From the NCBI GenBank assembly GCA_004431415.1, contig QPMI01000120.1, positions 1 to 64,000 on the forward strand: 64,000 bases of DNA. The letters are read 5' to 3'. This document shows, piece after piece, positions 37,147 to 48,671 of this stretch. Origin of the DNA: Cyanophora paradoxa CCMP329. Taxonomy: Eukaryota; Plantae; Glaucophyta. The notes beneath the pieces are model-generated. The model searched no databases, was not told where the DNA came from, and was given only the letters and a program-made list of their open reading frames with translations. The stretch's first letter is position 1; each line of letters starts with the position of its first letter. The translations under genes were made by a program, and so were the position numbers.

Positions 37147-38396
37147 CCCAAACTCTTCTGAACCCGCCGCGCGCTTCGCGTTTTCTCCCTGACACTCCCG
37201 AATCTACACGTGCACCATTTTATGCTCCTCAAAGCCTCTTGCATCATAGTACAGATTTATATCTATGTGTAGCTATCTAAAATGTATCAACTGCGGCAAC
37301 CGGCCGGGGGTATTCGAATTGGAGACCGGGCAAATTAAATTTAAGAGGACTCGATCTGATCGAAGGCCGGCTCCGAACTCTGCGCCTCGATCGCTTGCGA
37401 AGTCGCTCGAGCATGCAGCAATCGATTAATATAAATGGGCCGGGGCCGCCGGGCGCGAGGCGAGCCTCGGAGTGCTAGGAGAAAAGAGGAGATCTAGAGG
37501 AGACTTTGCGAATGCGAAGAAAGGAGACTACGATAGGAGGAGCATACTCTGATCAAGAGAGCTAGGAGCTAAAGGCGCCGGCCGGCTTTGAGAGGAAAAT
37601 TAAGTTGTTTTTTTTGAAGCACTACGGGGGGTGAACCCCTCACGTAGGTAGTATCGATCATTCAATGAATGAGATACGCGATCGATATCTCGATTGATCT
37701 AGAGGCAGTTAAGATTTACTGATCATTAGTCACGTGGCCCCTCCAGCTGGTTCAGCCGCAGCGCCCCGCCCCGCACCGCCTGTGGCTGCCGCAGCGCCGG
37801 CGGCGGCAGCAGCCCCGAGCCCTCGCCCGCCGGCCCCCACTCAGTCTTGATCGCAGGCGCCATCATGGCATGCCAGCACTGCGGCGAGTTCAGGCAACGA
37901 AGGACAGGGCGGCCCGGCGGCCGCATCGGCGAAGAGAGGGCCCGTCTCGCAGTAGGCCACGCCGCTCCGTCGCGATCCTCCGTTGGGCACTGCGCCCCGC
38001 CAGGGCTCGCACAGCGCCCGCGCCGCCGCCTAGTCCCTGCTGCGCGCGGTCAGCGGTGGCTAGGAGAAAGACGGCGAAGGGGTCACCCGTGGACGTCGAA
38101 CGGCGGCGGCGGGCGGCGGCGCGAGGAAGTTCAGCGAGGAGCCGCCCTCCGCGAAGAGCGTGCAGCTGCAGGCCTGCGCCTCGTACGCCCACCGCGCGCG
38201 GGCCGCTGGCCCTGGCTCATGATCACCTCAACGAGAAAGCTTCAGCTTGATGGCGCCGAGAGTAAAAGGGAGCTGCGGCCGAGGTGGAGAGACGCTGTCG
38301 CAGCCGAAGACGAAAAGGCTGCCGCGCCGCAGTCAGCGCCGAGCATCGGAACTGCGCGGAACGCGGCGCACGAGTGCTCGACCAGCGACCGCCGCG

Positions 38397-39184
38397 CTAC
38401 GTCTTGGGGCCGGCGGCGCCGCCGACGCTCGCCTCCAGGTGCGAGAGGGGGATGTCGACGTGCGCGAACTTCTCAGAGATCGTTCCGGACTGCGAGCGCT
38501 CTCGTGAGCCGCCCGCGCTTGAAAGCGGAGCCGGACGTGGCGCACGATCTCGTTGTAGTTCTTCAGCTGCAGGAAGGCTTCGAGCCGCCCGTCGAGCAGC
38601 GCGGCTGCCTCCTGCTGCTCCGCGCGCATCGCCTCCAGCGGCTTCCAAGTTCAGCCGCTGCGCTATCGCCGGCACGCCTGCGCGGTCGGCGTCAAGTCGG
38701 AGGAAGCGCTAGCGAGGCGCGTGGCGCGATGGGCGCGCGCGCCCTCGAGGCCGCGGGCTTCACGAACTTCTGCAGCTTCGAGGTGGTCTCCACGTGCCCC
38801 GCGGCCTCCCTGAGCATCTCCTCGTTCGCCAGCTGCAGGATGATCGCCGCCTTCGTCTCGCTGTTCAGGAAGCTGAGCTCGAGGTCCGCGTCCAGCGAGA
38901 GCGACGGGTCCAGCTGCGCGTCTGCGGGACGAACGGCGCGTGAGGACGGACCGGAAGGTGCGTGTGCGTGCGAAGTAGGCGCCGCTCGCACATTTGCGAA
39001 AGAAGTCGGCGGCCGCTCGCACATTTGCTTCCTTGGACTCGACGCCCTTGTACATGTACAGCGCCTCGACCTCCGCGATGGCGTCCCGCGCGCTTCGCCC
39101 GTCGATGACGCCCCGCGCGTCGCCCGCCGCGCCGACGGCCGCCTCGAACGCCGCCAGCCGAGCCTCCAGTGCCGCGATGCTCAT
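38397..39184 (-). pseudogene. DCTN3: Dynactin subunit 3 (p22/p24) pseudogene, copy A
   Basis: MSIAALEARLAAFEAAV..DFFRK|..SETKAAIIL[QL]ANEEML..VPAIAQRL..EQQEAAALLDGRLEAFL[QL]KNYNEI|GTISEKFAHVDIPLSHLEA parallels DCTN3 along its length. A 7-bp insertion within 38643-38652 shifts the frame. Confidence 0.7.
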
Positions 39185-40418
39185 CGCCTGCTTCGCGGGT
39201 CGTGCGGCCGGTGCCCGGAAGCGATTGTAGCGCGCTGGCACTTGGAGAGGGCTAGCGCGCGCTGGCTGGCCTCGTTTTCGGGCCAGAGAGACCCAGGGGG
39301 GAACGAGCGCCGGGGGGAATGAGCGCTGGGGGGAGTACAGGCGTCACAGAGCCAGTCGACCTACAGAAGCGGCTCTGCGGCCAGCGGCGGCCTCCAGCTG
39401 TGCATTCCTGGCGTACGAGGACCGTCTCGCTGCGCTGGCGCCCTGGGATAGCGGCCTCGCCGCCGGATAGCGCTTCTGGCGTCCGCACGCCGCGGCGCGC
39501 GCCGCAAACATCGGACGAACAATGGGTGAGCTCCAGTCTTCGTCCGCATTGCTCGCGGACAACTGCGGCGTCGTCGCGCCGTCGCCGCTTTCTTCTGCTC
39601 ACCGCCACTTGCGCAGGGCTCTTCGCCTTCCACGAGGTGGACCTTTCCAAGGTCGACGGTGAAGCCTTAGGGACGGCCGCCATGGGGCGCGCGGCCGAGT
39701 CTCTCGGCCGCGCGGCAGAGAACCTCAGCGATTCCGTCGGCCGCGCGGCAGAGAACCTCAGCGATTCCGTCGGCCGCGCGGCAGAGAACCTCAGCGATTC
39801 CGTCGGCAACACCATTGCCCAATGTGCGCCCGCTCCTTCGCCTCGCAATTCCGCATCCGATCTTCGCCGCAGACACGCCCGGGAAAATCATACTCGGCCT
39901 CGTCCTCATCGTCACCGTTCCCTTCGTTACGATCAGTGCGCCCAAGCCCCCATCCACTTCTCATGAATGCGAAATCAGAAGCGCGCGCGCGCAGAGGTTG
40001 TCGATGCGATCATCAGCGGGGTGAAGGAGCAGAAGCACCGAGTGGCGCACGAGCACGGGGTCGTCCGCGTCCAGCGCGCCGACCAGTAGAAACTGATCAT
40101 GACGAGTCGACTTCGTGCCCTACCTTCTTCAGCGGGATTCGATGTACCTGTACAGACGCTTGCAATTGAAATTGATCGACCCTTCTCCACCTGTACAGCT
40201 GCTCGCCCTTCAACGGTTCGCATGCGTTTCGTGCTGCGATGAGCGACGTGCATGCGAACTGCCATTCCAGCCGCCAGGCTGTAGCCGCCCCGGGCCCGGC
40301 CTGCCCTCGCTTCATCGCGGACCTCGCTCGCACAAACTTGAAAGCTACAGTCAACAGAAGAGCTCATGCTGCCAGGCGCCGAGGGCGGGGGCGCAGGGGG
40401 AACGGCGCAGCGGCCCGC
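38882..40418 (+). repeat. ~1.5-kb direct segmental duplication, copy A (copy B at 48672-50167)
   Basis: Colinear, highly similar sequence from aggtccgcgtccagcgagag to ggcgcagcggcccgc in both places, with scattered substitutions and small indels. Confidence 0.95.
39522..40169 (+). CDS. Small predicted single-pass membrane protein with 11-aa repeats (GRAAENLSDSV x3), copy A; possibly a pseudogene
   Basis: ATGG|gtgagc..gcgcag|(G)LFAFHEVDLSKVDGEALG, then a 33-bp tandem repeat and a hydrophobic exon KIILGLVLIVTVPFVTI. Divergent from DCTN3. Confidence 0.55.
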
Positions 40419-40675
40419 CCCGCGCGTCAGCGAGGGTCACGACCTGGAAGCCAGGGCCGAAGCGCATCCGCCTCCCCGGGCCCCACTCGTCCGCTTCGGG
40501 GCCGTCAGCAAGGCCGGAAGGGAGAGGGGGCGGAGCTCGAGGGCACCGCATGCAGTACTAATGATGGTCATGAGAATTGATCATGAAGCCTGGAAAAGAT
40601 CTCGACCTTTAAAATTTTTAACTGCGTTTCGACAAGAATGTTTCATTTGAAATATATTCGCAATACACCATGCCT

Positions 40676-41080
40676 TCGCCCCGCGAGCCCCGCCGCGCGC
40701 CGCGCCTCCCCCCGCCCGGCGAGCCTCGCCGCCGTCGGCGCCGCCGCCCGCCGCGCCTCCGCCCCGCTCCGCGGGCAGCCGCGCCGCCCGCAGCGCCTCC
40801 ACCCCGCTCCGCGAGCTGCCGCACCGCCCGCCGCGCCCCCGCTCCGCTTCGCGCGCAGTGCCGCCGCCCGCCGCGCCTCCGACCCGCCCGGCGAGCCGCG
40901 CCGCCGCCCGCCGCGCCTTCGCCCCGCCCGGCGAGCCGCGCCGTAGCCCGCAGCCTGGCCGCCGCGGCGCGCCTCCGCTTCGCTCGCCAAGCCGCGCCAC
41001 TGTTGACCGCCGGCGTCCGCTCCGCCTCCGTCCCGCCTGCCCGGCCGAGCCGCGCCGCTGCCCGTTTCGCCTCCGCCCCG
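40676..41080. repeat. Degenerate GC-rich minisatellite related (opposite strand) to the 41-bp array at 50167-50684
   Basis: Recurrent ccgccgcccgccgcgcctccg(a/c)cccgcccggcgagccg units. Confidence 0.7.
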
Positions 41081-41879
41081 CCAATTGCAAGCGAGCTAGC
41101 CGATCCGATCCGGAGCCGCCCGCTGCCAGCGCGCTCGAGCTCCGCCCTGCCCAACGAGCTGCCTCAGTCAAACCGAGCCGGTTCAACGCCCTGCCAACAA
41201 GCTGTCTAGATCTCGGTCAAACGCAGCTGCAGCCGAGCTGGGCCCGCAGCCCGCGGCCGGGGCCGGGAAAGCTGCGCGCGTCGCCCGGCAGTGCATCACG
41301 ACGTGAAGTCGGTGATCATGATCATCGATATATACCAGCAGCGGCTCCGGTCGCTCGGAGCTCGATCGACATCGCGCGCCGAGTCGTAGCCCTCCGCTTT
41401 AATCGGCCTTGGGGAAAGGAGAGGCCCTTATATTAGGTCTGTGCCTAGTACGCGCTGCATGCGCGGCCACATGTCGCCGTTGGGCGGCGCGACGGGCGCG
41501 TAGCCCGCGGGGTACTTGAAAAAGATATCGACGACAGGGAAAAGTCTGTCTTGCGAACTGGCCGGCTTGGACGTGACAGAAAATCCGACGCGTACGGGGT
41601 AGCAGCTTACTACAGCAAGGGGGGGAAAGCAGTTGCGCTGCTGATCACGCGCAGCGCTAGCCAGCAGTTGAGCCGACGTTCGGACTGGGGCCTGCGCGGT
41701 GCCGCACCACGTTCGAATTCAACGCTCCAAGGGCTCCGGATTCTGGTCCTGGTCGACGTCCGGTCAACTTTGGGCGCCGCGCGCGGGCGCTTCTCGGCCT
41801 AGCTTCGAGCTCGCGCCGAGCTCGGAGGCGGCGGCCACATGTACAGCGCTAGCTATAGCTAGCTATGCGGCCTGTGCAT

Positions 41880-44800
41880 ATGCCGCACCTGGCGCATCCG
41901 CCGCGGTTGAAGCGCGCGCGGGATGGCGACGCGGGCGGGATCGATATCCGCGAGCTGCAGATGCGTCCTCCACTCCAGGTGCACGCGCCGGGCGCCCGGC
42001 GTCGCCCGGAGGATGGTCTGACGGTCTCGCGTAGCTGCACGAGGCGCTCGAAGCCGCGGCGAATACCATCAACGTGGTTATCTCGGCGCTCACCTCGCTC
42101 CGCATCGTGGACCTTGATTTGGATGTGGCGGTCGGCGCGAAGGCCTCGCTCTCCCCTGCCTCGGAAACGCTCTTGGACTCCGTCACGCCTCACCTCGTCG
42201 CCGCCTCACCCTCGCCGGCCAGGGACACGCCACTGCTGCTCTCGGCACCGCCGCTGGCGCCGTCGCGGCGACTGCGGCCGCTGGCGCTCAATCCGGCAGC
42301 GCTCGCGGCCGAGGGCCCGGTCACTCTATGCGCGACTCAGTGGGCCCTGCCGCCGTACCGCGTCCGGTTCTTCGAAGCCGAGCGTCTCGCGGCCGCGGCC
42401 GCCGCCGCCGCCGAATCCCTCCGCCTCTGCCCGCCCGGCGGTCCCGAGCTGGCCGACAGCCGCTACCGCCTCGCCCGCGCCCTCGCCGACGCGCGCCTCC
42501 TCGGGACGGCCCTCTTTCGCACCCTCTTCGGGCGGACCCGCCTCCGCGGCTACTTCCGCGTCCTGCGCGAGTCCTCCCGCCCCGAAGGCAGCCCCGCGGG
42601 GGCCCGCTTGGCGCGCCGCCCCACCCCGGCCCCCGCCCCGCCCTTCTAGGCTTCTAAGCTTCCATGCGCCCGCCCCGCCCCGCCCCGCCCCGCCCCGCCC
42701 CAACCCGCCCCAACCCGCCCCGCCCCGCCCCGCCCCGCCCCGCCCCGCCCGCCCCGCCCCGCTCCGCCCCGCCCTGCCCCGCCCCGCCCCGCCCCGCCCC
42801 GCCCCTCCCCGCCCCGCCCCGCCCCGCCCCGCCCCGCCCCGCCCCGCCCCGCACCGCCCGCCCGCCCCGCCCCGCCCGCCCCGCCCCGCCCCGCCCCGCC
42901 CTGCCCCGCCCTGCCCCGCCCCGCCCCAACCCGCCCCGCCCCGCCCCGCCCTGCCCCGCCCTGCCCCGCCCCGCCCTCCCCGCCCCGCCCCGCCCCGCCC
43001 CGCCCCGCCCCGCCCCGCCCCGCCCCGCCCCGCCCCGCCCTGCCCCGCCGCGCCCCGCCCCTCCCCGCCCCGCCCCGCCCCAACCCGCCCCGCCCCGCCC
43101 CGCCCCGCCCCGCCCCGCCAGCGAGCGTATCGGCGGCAGGTGCGCGCGATCGTGCGGGCCCTGGCCCAGAGCCTTCTCGAGCCGCTCCATCCCCCCCCGG
43201 ACGCCCCCGCCCCCCCCGGGCCCGGCTGGACCGTGTCGGACGCCGAGGTACCCCCCTCTCCTCGCCCCCTCCCCCTCCCCCGGCCCGCCCATTCAAGCCG
43301 CCTCGCAGATTCTCGTGGACCACAGCTTTGCACTGGCCCGGGTACGTGGCGCGCGCCGGGGGGTGGGGGGGTAATGGGAGGAAGGGGTGAGGGCGAGGCC
43401 GCCCCAACGGGCCGAGCGGCGCGCGGGTACCGTACGCGCAGGCGGCGACATGGGAGGCCCCCAACGCCATGTCGGACCTCTTCGAAATGGAGTGGGATCA
43501 GGCCGCTCAGGTGAGCGCCTCGAGACCCCTTCAGACGCCTTCTTTCGGCTTGGCGAACCAGGCCTAGTCGAATCGCTAGCTAGATAGCTCGCTGCGAAAT
43601 CGCGTCCCGCGCCCCCTCGCCGCCGCATCGTGCCATGGCTGACGCGGGCGCGCGGCGCCGGCGCCGCGCCGGCAGCTGGCGCGGCGAGCGGACGAACTCT
43701 CCCTCCCATTCGCGGCGGATCCCGAGGCGGGGGCGGCCGGGGGCCGGCTGCGCGCGAAGGCCCTGTGCCTTCGGGCGTACCTCTGTGACCAGTTCGGCCG
43801 CTGCCAGGAGGCGCTGGAGGCGGGGTACAGTGCCTTGGCCGAGCTGCGGCGCCGGCAGCTCGCCCCGGGGTCCCTCGAGGCTGAGCTTGTCGCCCGGGTC
43901 GCCATGCTGCATCGTACCCCCCTTCCCTCTCGCCCCCTCCCCCCCCCCCAATCTCTCCCGACCGCTCCCTTCGTTCGCAGTGCGCGAGAACGACTTCGTT
44001 CGCGGCTTCGCGATGGCGGGGGAGGCGTACAGCGCGGGGGGTACCGAGGAGGAAGCGCTCCTCAGCTCTTACCTCCAGCACCGCGCGAACGGTGCCCCTC
44101 GCCCCCCCCCCCCCCCCCCCCCCTTCTCCCCCCGCCGCCCCCGGGCCGCTCCGCCTAGGCCTGCGATCGCTTGCCTGAATCGGGTCGGCGGCGGTACCCC
44201 GCCCCCCCTCGCGCGCGCGCGCGCGTAGCGTGGGCGGCGTTACTGAACAACGAGGTGGAGCGGGGGGTACGGGCCGCCGAGGGCGCCCTCGAGGCGGCGG
44301 GGCGCCTGGGAGAGGCCGGCCGGTCAGCAAAGGCCGCCCTCCCCCCCCCCCCCCCCCCCCCCCCCCCCCGCCGCGCCCGCCCCGCCCGGCCCCGCCTTAG
44401 TCCACGCGCGCGCGCGCAGGCTCCTGCTCCCGTCGGCGCTGCAGGAGCTCGGGCTGGCTTGCGAGGTCGAGGGCAGCTGGCGGCGCATCCTCGGCATCGG
44501 CCGCCGCTTCCTCTCCGCCCTCGACCAGGCGCGTCCCGTCCTGTACATGTCCCGTACCCCCCCCTTCCTAAACCCCCCCCCCCCCCCCCGCAGCTGAAGG
44601 ACCCATCGCTTCCCGTGCTCGACCTGTGTGGACCCTTCGCCTTCATCCGGTGGCTCGTGCGCGTTCTTAGCTAGCTCGTTAGAAGTTCACGTTTGCACAC
44701 ATTCTGTTATAGAAGCTCATCATAGTCTTGGCTTCTCAGAAGCTATAGCTAACATCAGTATTATGCAATCGCAATCGCAGACGTTAACATTTATAGTCTT

Positions 44801-45718
44801 AGAGGGCTAGAAGCTTCCCGCCCCGACCCGCGCCGGCCCGCCCCGCCCCGTCGCGACCCGCCGGGGCGCAGTCGCCTGCAGCCCACCTCGCCGCCACCCG
44901 ATGCATCCTCCTCATGTTCAAGGCGCGCCGAGCTCGCTTGTTGACTTACTCGTGGCCGGCTGATTGTATATATTGCGGTACCCCTGCAGGGCTGGGAGGG
45001 CTTCCAGAGCTTCCCCCTCTACGCCCACGCGCTCGTGTACGCCGGGGAGCTCTACTCAGACGCCGGTGAGCTTAAACTTCTGTTAGCTAGCATCTCGATT
45101 TCATAATAATTCGTCTCCGCTTACGTTTGTAAGGAGCTTCAGCGTATTATAATGCGCCACGTCATTCTTCCATCTTTTATTAGTGTCATCTTGACTCTCA
45201 AGCTTAAGCTTCTCGCGATCGGGCGCTCTTGATCTCATATATATGACTCAGGACGGGACGCGGAGGCAGCGGCGCACCTGCGCGCGGCTGGGGAGGAGTA
45301 CGAACGCCGCTTCCCGCACGTGTACCCCCCCGAGCACCCGCGCTTCGGCCGCCTGCGCGAGGCGCTGCTGGGCCTGCGGCGGGCCCCGAAGGCCCCGCGC
45401 CCTGCCGCCGCCGACGGCGGCGATGGCTCCCAGGAGGACTACGCCCCTACGGAGGGCTCAGAGGCGGCAGCGGCAGCGGCAGCGGCAGCTGCAGCGGCGG
45501 CGGCGGCGGCAGCGGCGGATGAAGGAGCGGACGCCAGTTGTGAAGCGGTGGCAGCGGCGGAGGAGGAGGAGGCGACGCGAGTCGATCGACCGCCCCCGCT
45601 GCACCTCGCCGCCGCCTTTGATGTCCTGGCCGGCAATCGCGAAGCGGCGCGGGTCGACCGGCCGCCCCCGCTGCGTCTCGCCGCCGCCTTCGATTTCATA
45701 GCGAGTTTGTTCACGTGA
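41880..45718 (+). CDS. Hypothetical multi-exon protein with helical (TPR-like) C-terminal region
   Basis: Consistent GT/GC-AG exon chain with helical segments such as YAHALVYAGELYSDA|GRDAEAAAHLRAAGEEYERRFPHVYPPEHPRFGRLREAL. Poly-Ala tail and stop at 45718. Intactness was not verified. Confidence 0.55.
42667..43118. repeat. (CCCCG)n pentanucleotide simple repeat inside an intron
   Basis: About 450 bp of near-perfect ccccg units. Confidence 0.95.
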
Positions 45719-46194
45719 AAAGGCAGTGGAGGGCACTAGTACTATAGCTAGGCGTGCCCACACTCCACTGCCTTTTCCTGGCCGGCGCCTTCGATTCTCT
45801 CGCCGGCCCGTTCTCCTGGCCGGATTCCCTTCGATTTCCTCGCCGGATTTCCTTCGATTTCCACTGCCTTTTCGTGGCCGGCGCCTTCGCCTGGCCGGCG
45901 CTTCCACCGCACCTCGCCGGCACCCTCAACTTCCCGGCCGGCCCGTGGCGCCGGCCCGGCCCCCGGCGCAAGCCGAGAAGCTGGGGCGTCGACCCGAGCG
46001 CTAGCTATTTATAGCCCTCCTCGGCGTGCAGCAGCCGTACAGCTTTATCTCTCTATCCGCCCCGTATGATGATGACGACGACTAAACCCGCTTCCCAAAC
46101 CATCATTTCTTCTCCCGCCCCCGGCTCTCCCTCAAGGCATTATGCCCGTGCACCTGCAGCCGCTGAGCCCGTGCTTGAGCAACAGCGATCCTAG

Positions 46195-46360
46195 TACTAG
46201 TGTGAATGTGATCATGATCCATGATCCATGTGAACATGATCATGATGTGATCATTACTAGTGTGAATGTGATCATGATCCATGATCCATGTGAACATGAT
46301 CATGATGTGATCAGTACTAGTGTGGCTGTGATCATGATCCGATGATCCATGTGAAAATGA
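46195..46360. repeat. 60-bp tandem repeat x ~2.7, rich in tgatcatga palindromes
   Basis: 46201-46260 and 46261-46320 differ at one base, and a third partial copy follows. Confidence 0.95.
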
Positions 46361-46362
46361 AT

Positions 46363-46671
46363 GTGGAAGCCTAAGCCCCTGGAAGATTGAGCACCTTTCT
46401 GGCTTCGACTTCGACTTCGCATTCGGCCGCGGCCCCTCACAATATCAGGGCCCGGGCCGGGCCCCCCCGCGCGCGCCAGCATTTTCGGTTCAGGAGCTGC
46501 AGCGCTAGCTGCCGCGGTGCAGATTGTAGATGCCTATAAGCTCAAGTGGCCATTTGCAAGTTGCTCTCTCGGGATCCGTTTGCTTCTTCTAACCGTTTTC
46601 TGCCATAAATCCAACTATGTATGACATCAGGGCGATTTCGTATTTACATCTTCAAGCAGTACTATAGCTAG
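46363..46671 (+). pseudogene. Decayed iodothyronine-deiodinase-like gene fragment
   Basis: Ordered, frameshifted remnants EA*ALED* (cf. EAHAxDxW), ERLAAAVQIVDAYKLKWPF and YDIRRFRIYIFK (cf. YxxWPxRxYI), with a SECIS-like hairpin directly downstream. Confidence 0.45.
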
Positions 46672-46706
46672 TCGACAGCAAGTTAAAGGCGAGGAACCAT
46701 GCCATG

Positions 46707-46767
46707 ATGATGTGCCGCGGTGTGCCACGTGTGCTTCATTTCAGACAGCTGGCACCGTGGCACTGAT
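46707..46767 (+). promoter_or_regulatory. SECIS-like (K-turn) hairpin
   Basis: ATGAT (46707-46711), a 12-bp helix 46712-46723/46752-46763 with two G-U pairs, then TGAT (46764-46767). The apical loop has CC rather than AA. Confidence 0.5.
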
Positions 46768-46878
46768 CGTGATCATGAGCTGCTATGGCCGTCAGGCAAG
46801 TCAAGGTGTGGCTCTGGGGAGCCGCAGAGCGCGCTGCGGTGGGAATTCGAAGGCCGTGCTAGCTTACATGTGGCCTGC

Positions 46879-48640
46879 CTACAACGGCTCGTCGGCCTCG
46901 GGATCGAATCCCGCCGCGGTCGCTGCGGGGGGCGGCGGGCCGAAGCGGCGCCGGCTCCGGTCTAACCCGCCCTGCCCCCGGATCGATGGGCCGGGGGCTG
47001 TGGCCGGAGCGGCCGGCGTCGGCGGCGGAACGGCGGCCGGAGTCGGGGGCGGCCCGGGCCGGCGCTGGCTCCAATCCGTCGGCCCTTCCTGGGCCCGAGC
47101 TGGCGGGCCGGACGGCGGCGGCGCCGGCGGCGGCGGGCGGAGGGCGGCGGGGGTACGAGTTCGCCGTGGGGCCCGAACCGCTGGGACGGGCCGGCCGAGG
47201 AGCCGGAGGCGCCGGTACCCCCCACGGGGGCGCCCGGGACGTACCCCGGCTGCGTGTACTTCGTGAGGGAGCGGCGGCGGCCGCCGGCGCCGGGGCCCGC
47301 CGGCGGGGCCGGCGCCTGAAACGAGGGCCGCCGGAGGGATGGACCCTCGCCCCCGGGCGCGGCGCCGGCGCCGGTGAGGGAGGGCCGCCGGCCGGGCCGC
47401 GGCGCGACGACGGGTACGCCCTCCTGCACCGTCTCGAGGGCCGGCGACGGGGCCGGCGCCAGAGGCGTGAAGCGGCCGGGGCCGCCGGGTACAGGCGAGA
47501 CCCGAGGCAGGGGGGAGGGAGCCGGGGCGGCCGGGGTACGGCGGGACTCGATCGAGGTGCGGGCGGAAGAGATGGAGGGCCGCCGGGGCCGCAGAATCGA
47601 GAGCGAGGGCCGCCGCGCCCCCTCCGGCCCGTACTGCCGTACCCCTCAGACGAGGCGGGTGGGGGGAGGGGAGGGCGGGGTACGCAGCGCGCACGTCGAG
47701 GGCCCAGAGGCGGGCGGCGTCGATGGGGGTACGGGGATGCCCTGGAGGGACGGGCGGCGCGGGGCGGCGAGCGAGGGCCGGGGCGCCGCCGGCGGGGCGG
47801 GCGGGGCGGTCGGGGCGCCGGCGCCGCGGGGCGGGCGGGCCGGGGCCGGGGCCGCCGGGCCGGGGCCAGGGGGCGGAGGGTGCCTTCATGCGCCAGAAGC
47901 GGGGGAACTCGGGTCGCTCCCCGGTCATCAGGTACCTGGGCAGAGGGGGGGTGGGGGGGTGGGGGCTCAGGTCAGGCGGGCAAAACTCGCTCAAATCCGC
48001 GGGACCCAGAGGAGGGGGTGGGGTGGGGGGTGAAGGAAGGAGGGAAGGGGGGAGGGGAGGGCGGGGGACGGCGGGCGGCGGCGGCGGCGGAGGCGGCGGA
48101 GGCAGGAAGCCGGGGGGGTCGGGCGGGCGGGCAGAACAAGCTTCAGGCTCAGTGCTGGGACGAGGGCGGCGGGAGAAGAAGAAGTCTAGGCAGTCTTGGG
48201 GGAAGGGGGGGGAGGGGGGGGGGTTACAGAGAGGGGGGGGGGAAGCCCGGCGGGGTGGGGCGAAGCGGGGTGGGCTCGGGACGCGGCCCGGCGGGGTGGG
48301 GCGAAGCGGGGTGGGGGAAGGTCATGGGGGCCCCGCGCGCACCAGACCACACACCAGATCCACACCGCGATCGCTGCGGGGGAAACGATGATCAGTCCCC
48401 GCGGGGAACATCTAGGCGGAGCGAGGTACGTAGAAAGCACGGCATCTAGGCCCCTCGCGGGCGGGCCGGGCGCGGCGTTCATCCCTAGGCCCTGTTCTTC
48501 GATGGGCGCTACGCCGAGCCGCTGGGCGGGGCGGGGCGAGGCTGTTCTCAAAAGCGCGTACCCCAGGAGTAGCCGCAGCCGCAGAAGCCGTCGAAGCAGT
48601 TGAGGCCGTACACCCCAATGAACGAGGCCGCCGTCTGAGA
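46879..48640 (-). pseudogene. Internal/3' exons of an unidentified Pro/Gly-rich gene, abutting truncated DCTN3 copy B
   Basis: Exon-like pieces (TAASFIGVYGLNCFDGFCGCGYSW; YLMTGERPEFPRFWRMKAP; TPIDAARLWALD; SLTKYTQPGYVPG) separated by the C-rich GTACCC-type introns seen in the other genes. No start codon of its own was found. Confidence 0.4.
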
Positions 48641-48671
48641 GGGGGGCGGGGCGGGGCGGAGACGCGAGGCT

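Noticed and set aside
37726-38290. Minus-strand exon-like fragment downstream of DCTN3 copy A
   Set aside because: No recognisable domain or consistent gene model, so it is too weak to annotate.
42326-43514. Long Pro/Arg/Gly-rich ORFs (e.g. 41865..43514, 49646..50944, 57106..59034)
   Set aside because: They are artefacts of high GC, simple repeats, or the antisense strand of pol.
45716-46004. Sec read-through of the TGA ending the 41880 gene, driven by the SECIS-like hairpin
   Set aside because: The downstream ORF is in a different frame, and the hairpin sits directly after a separate deiodinase-like relic.
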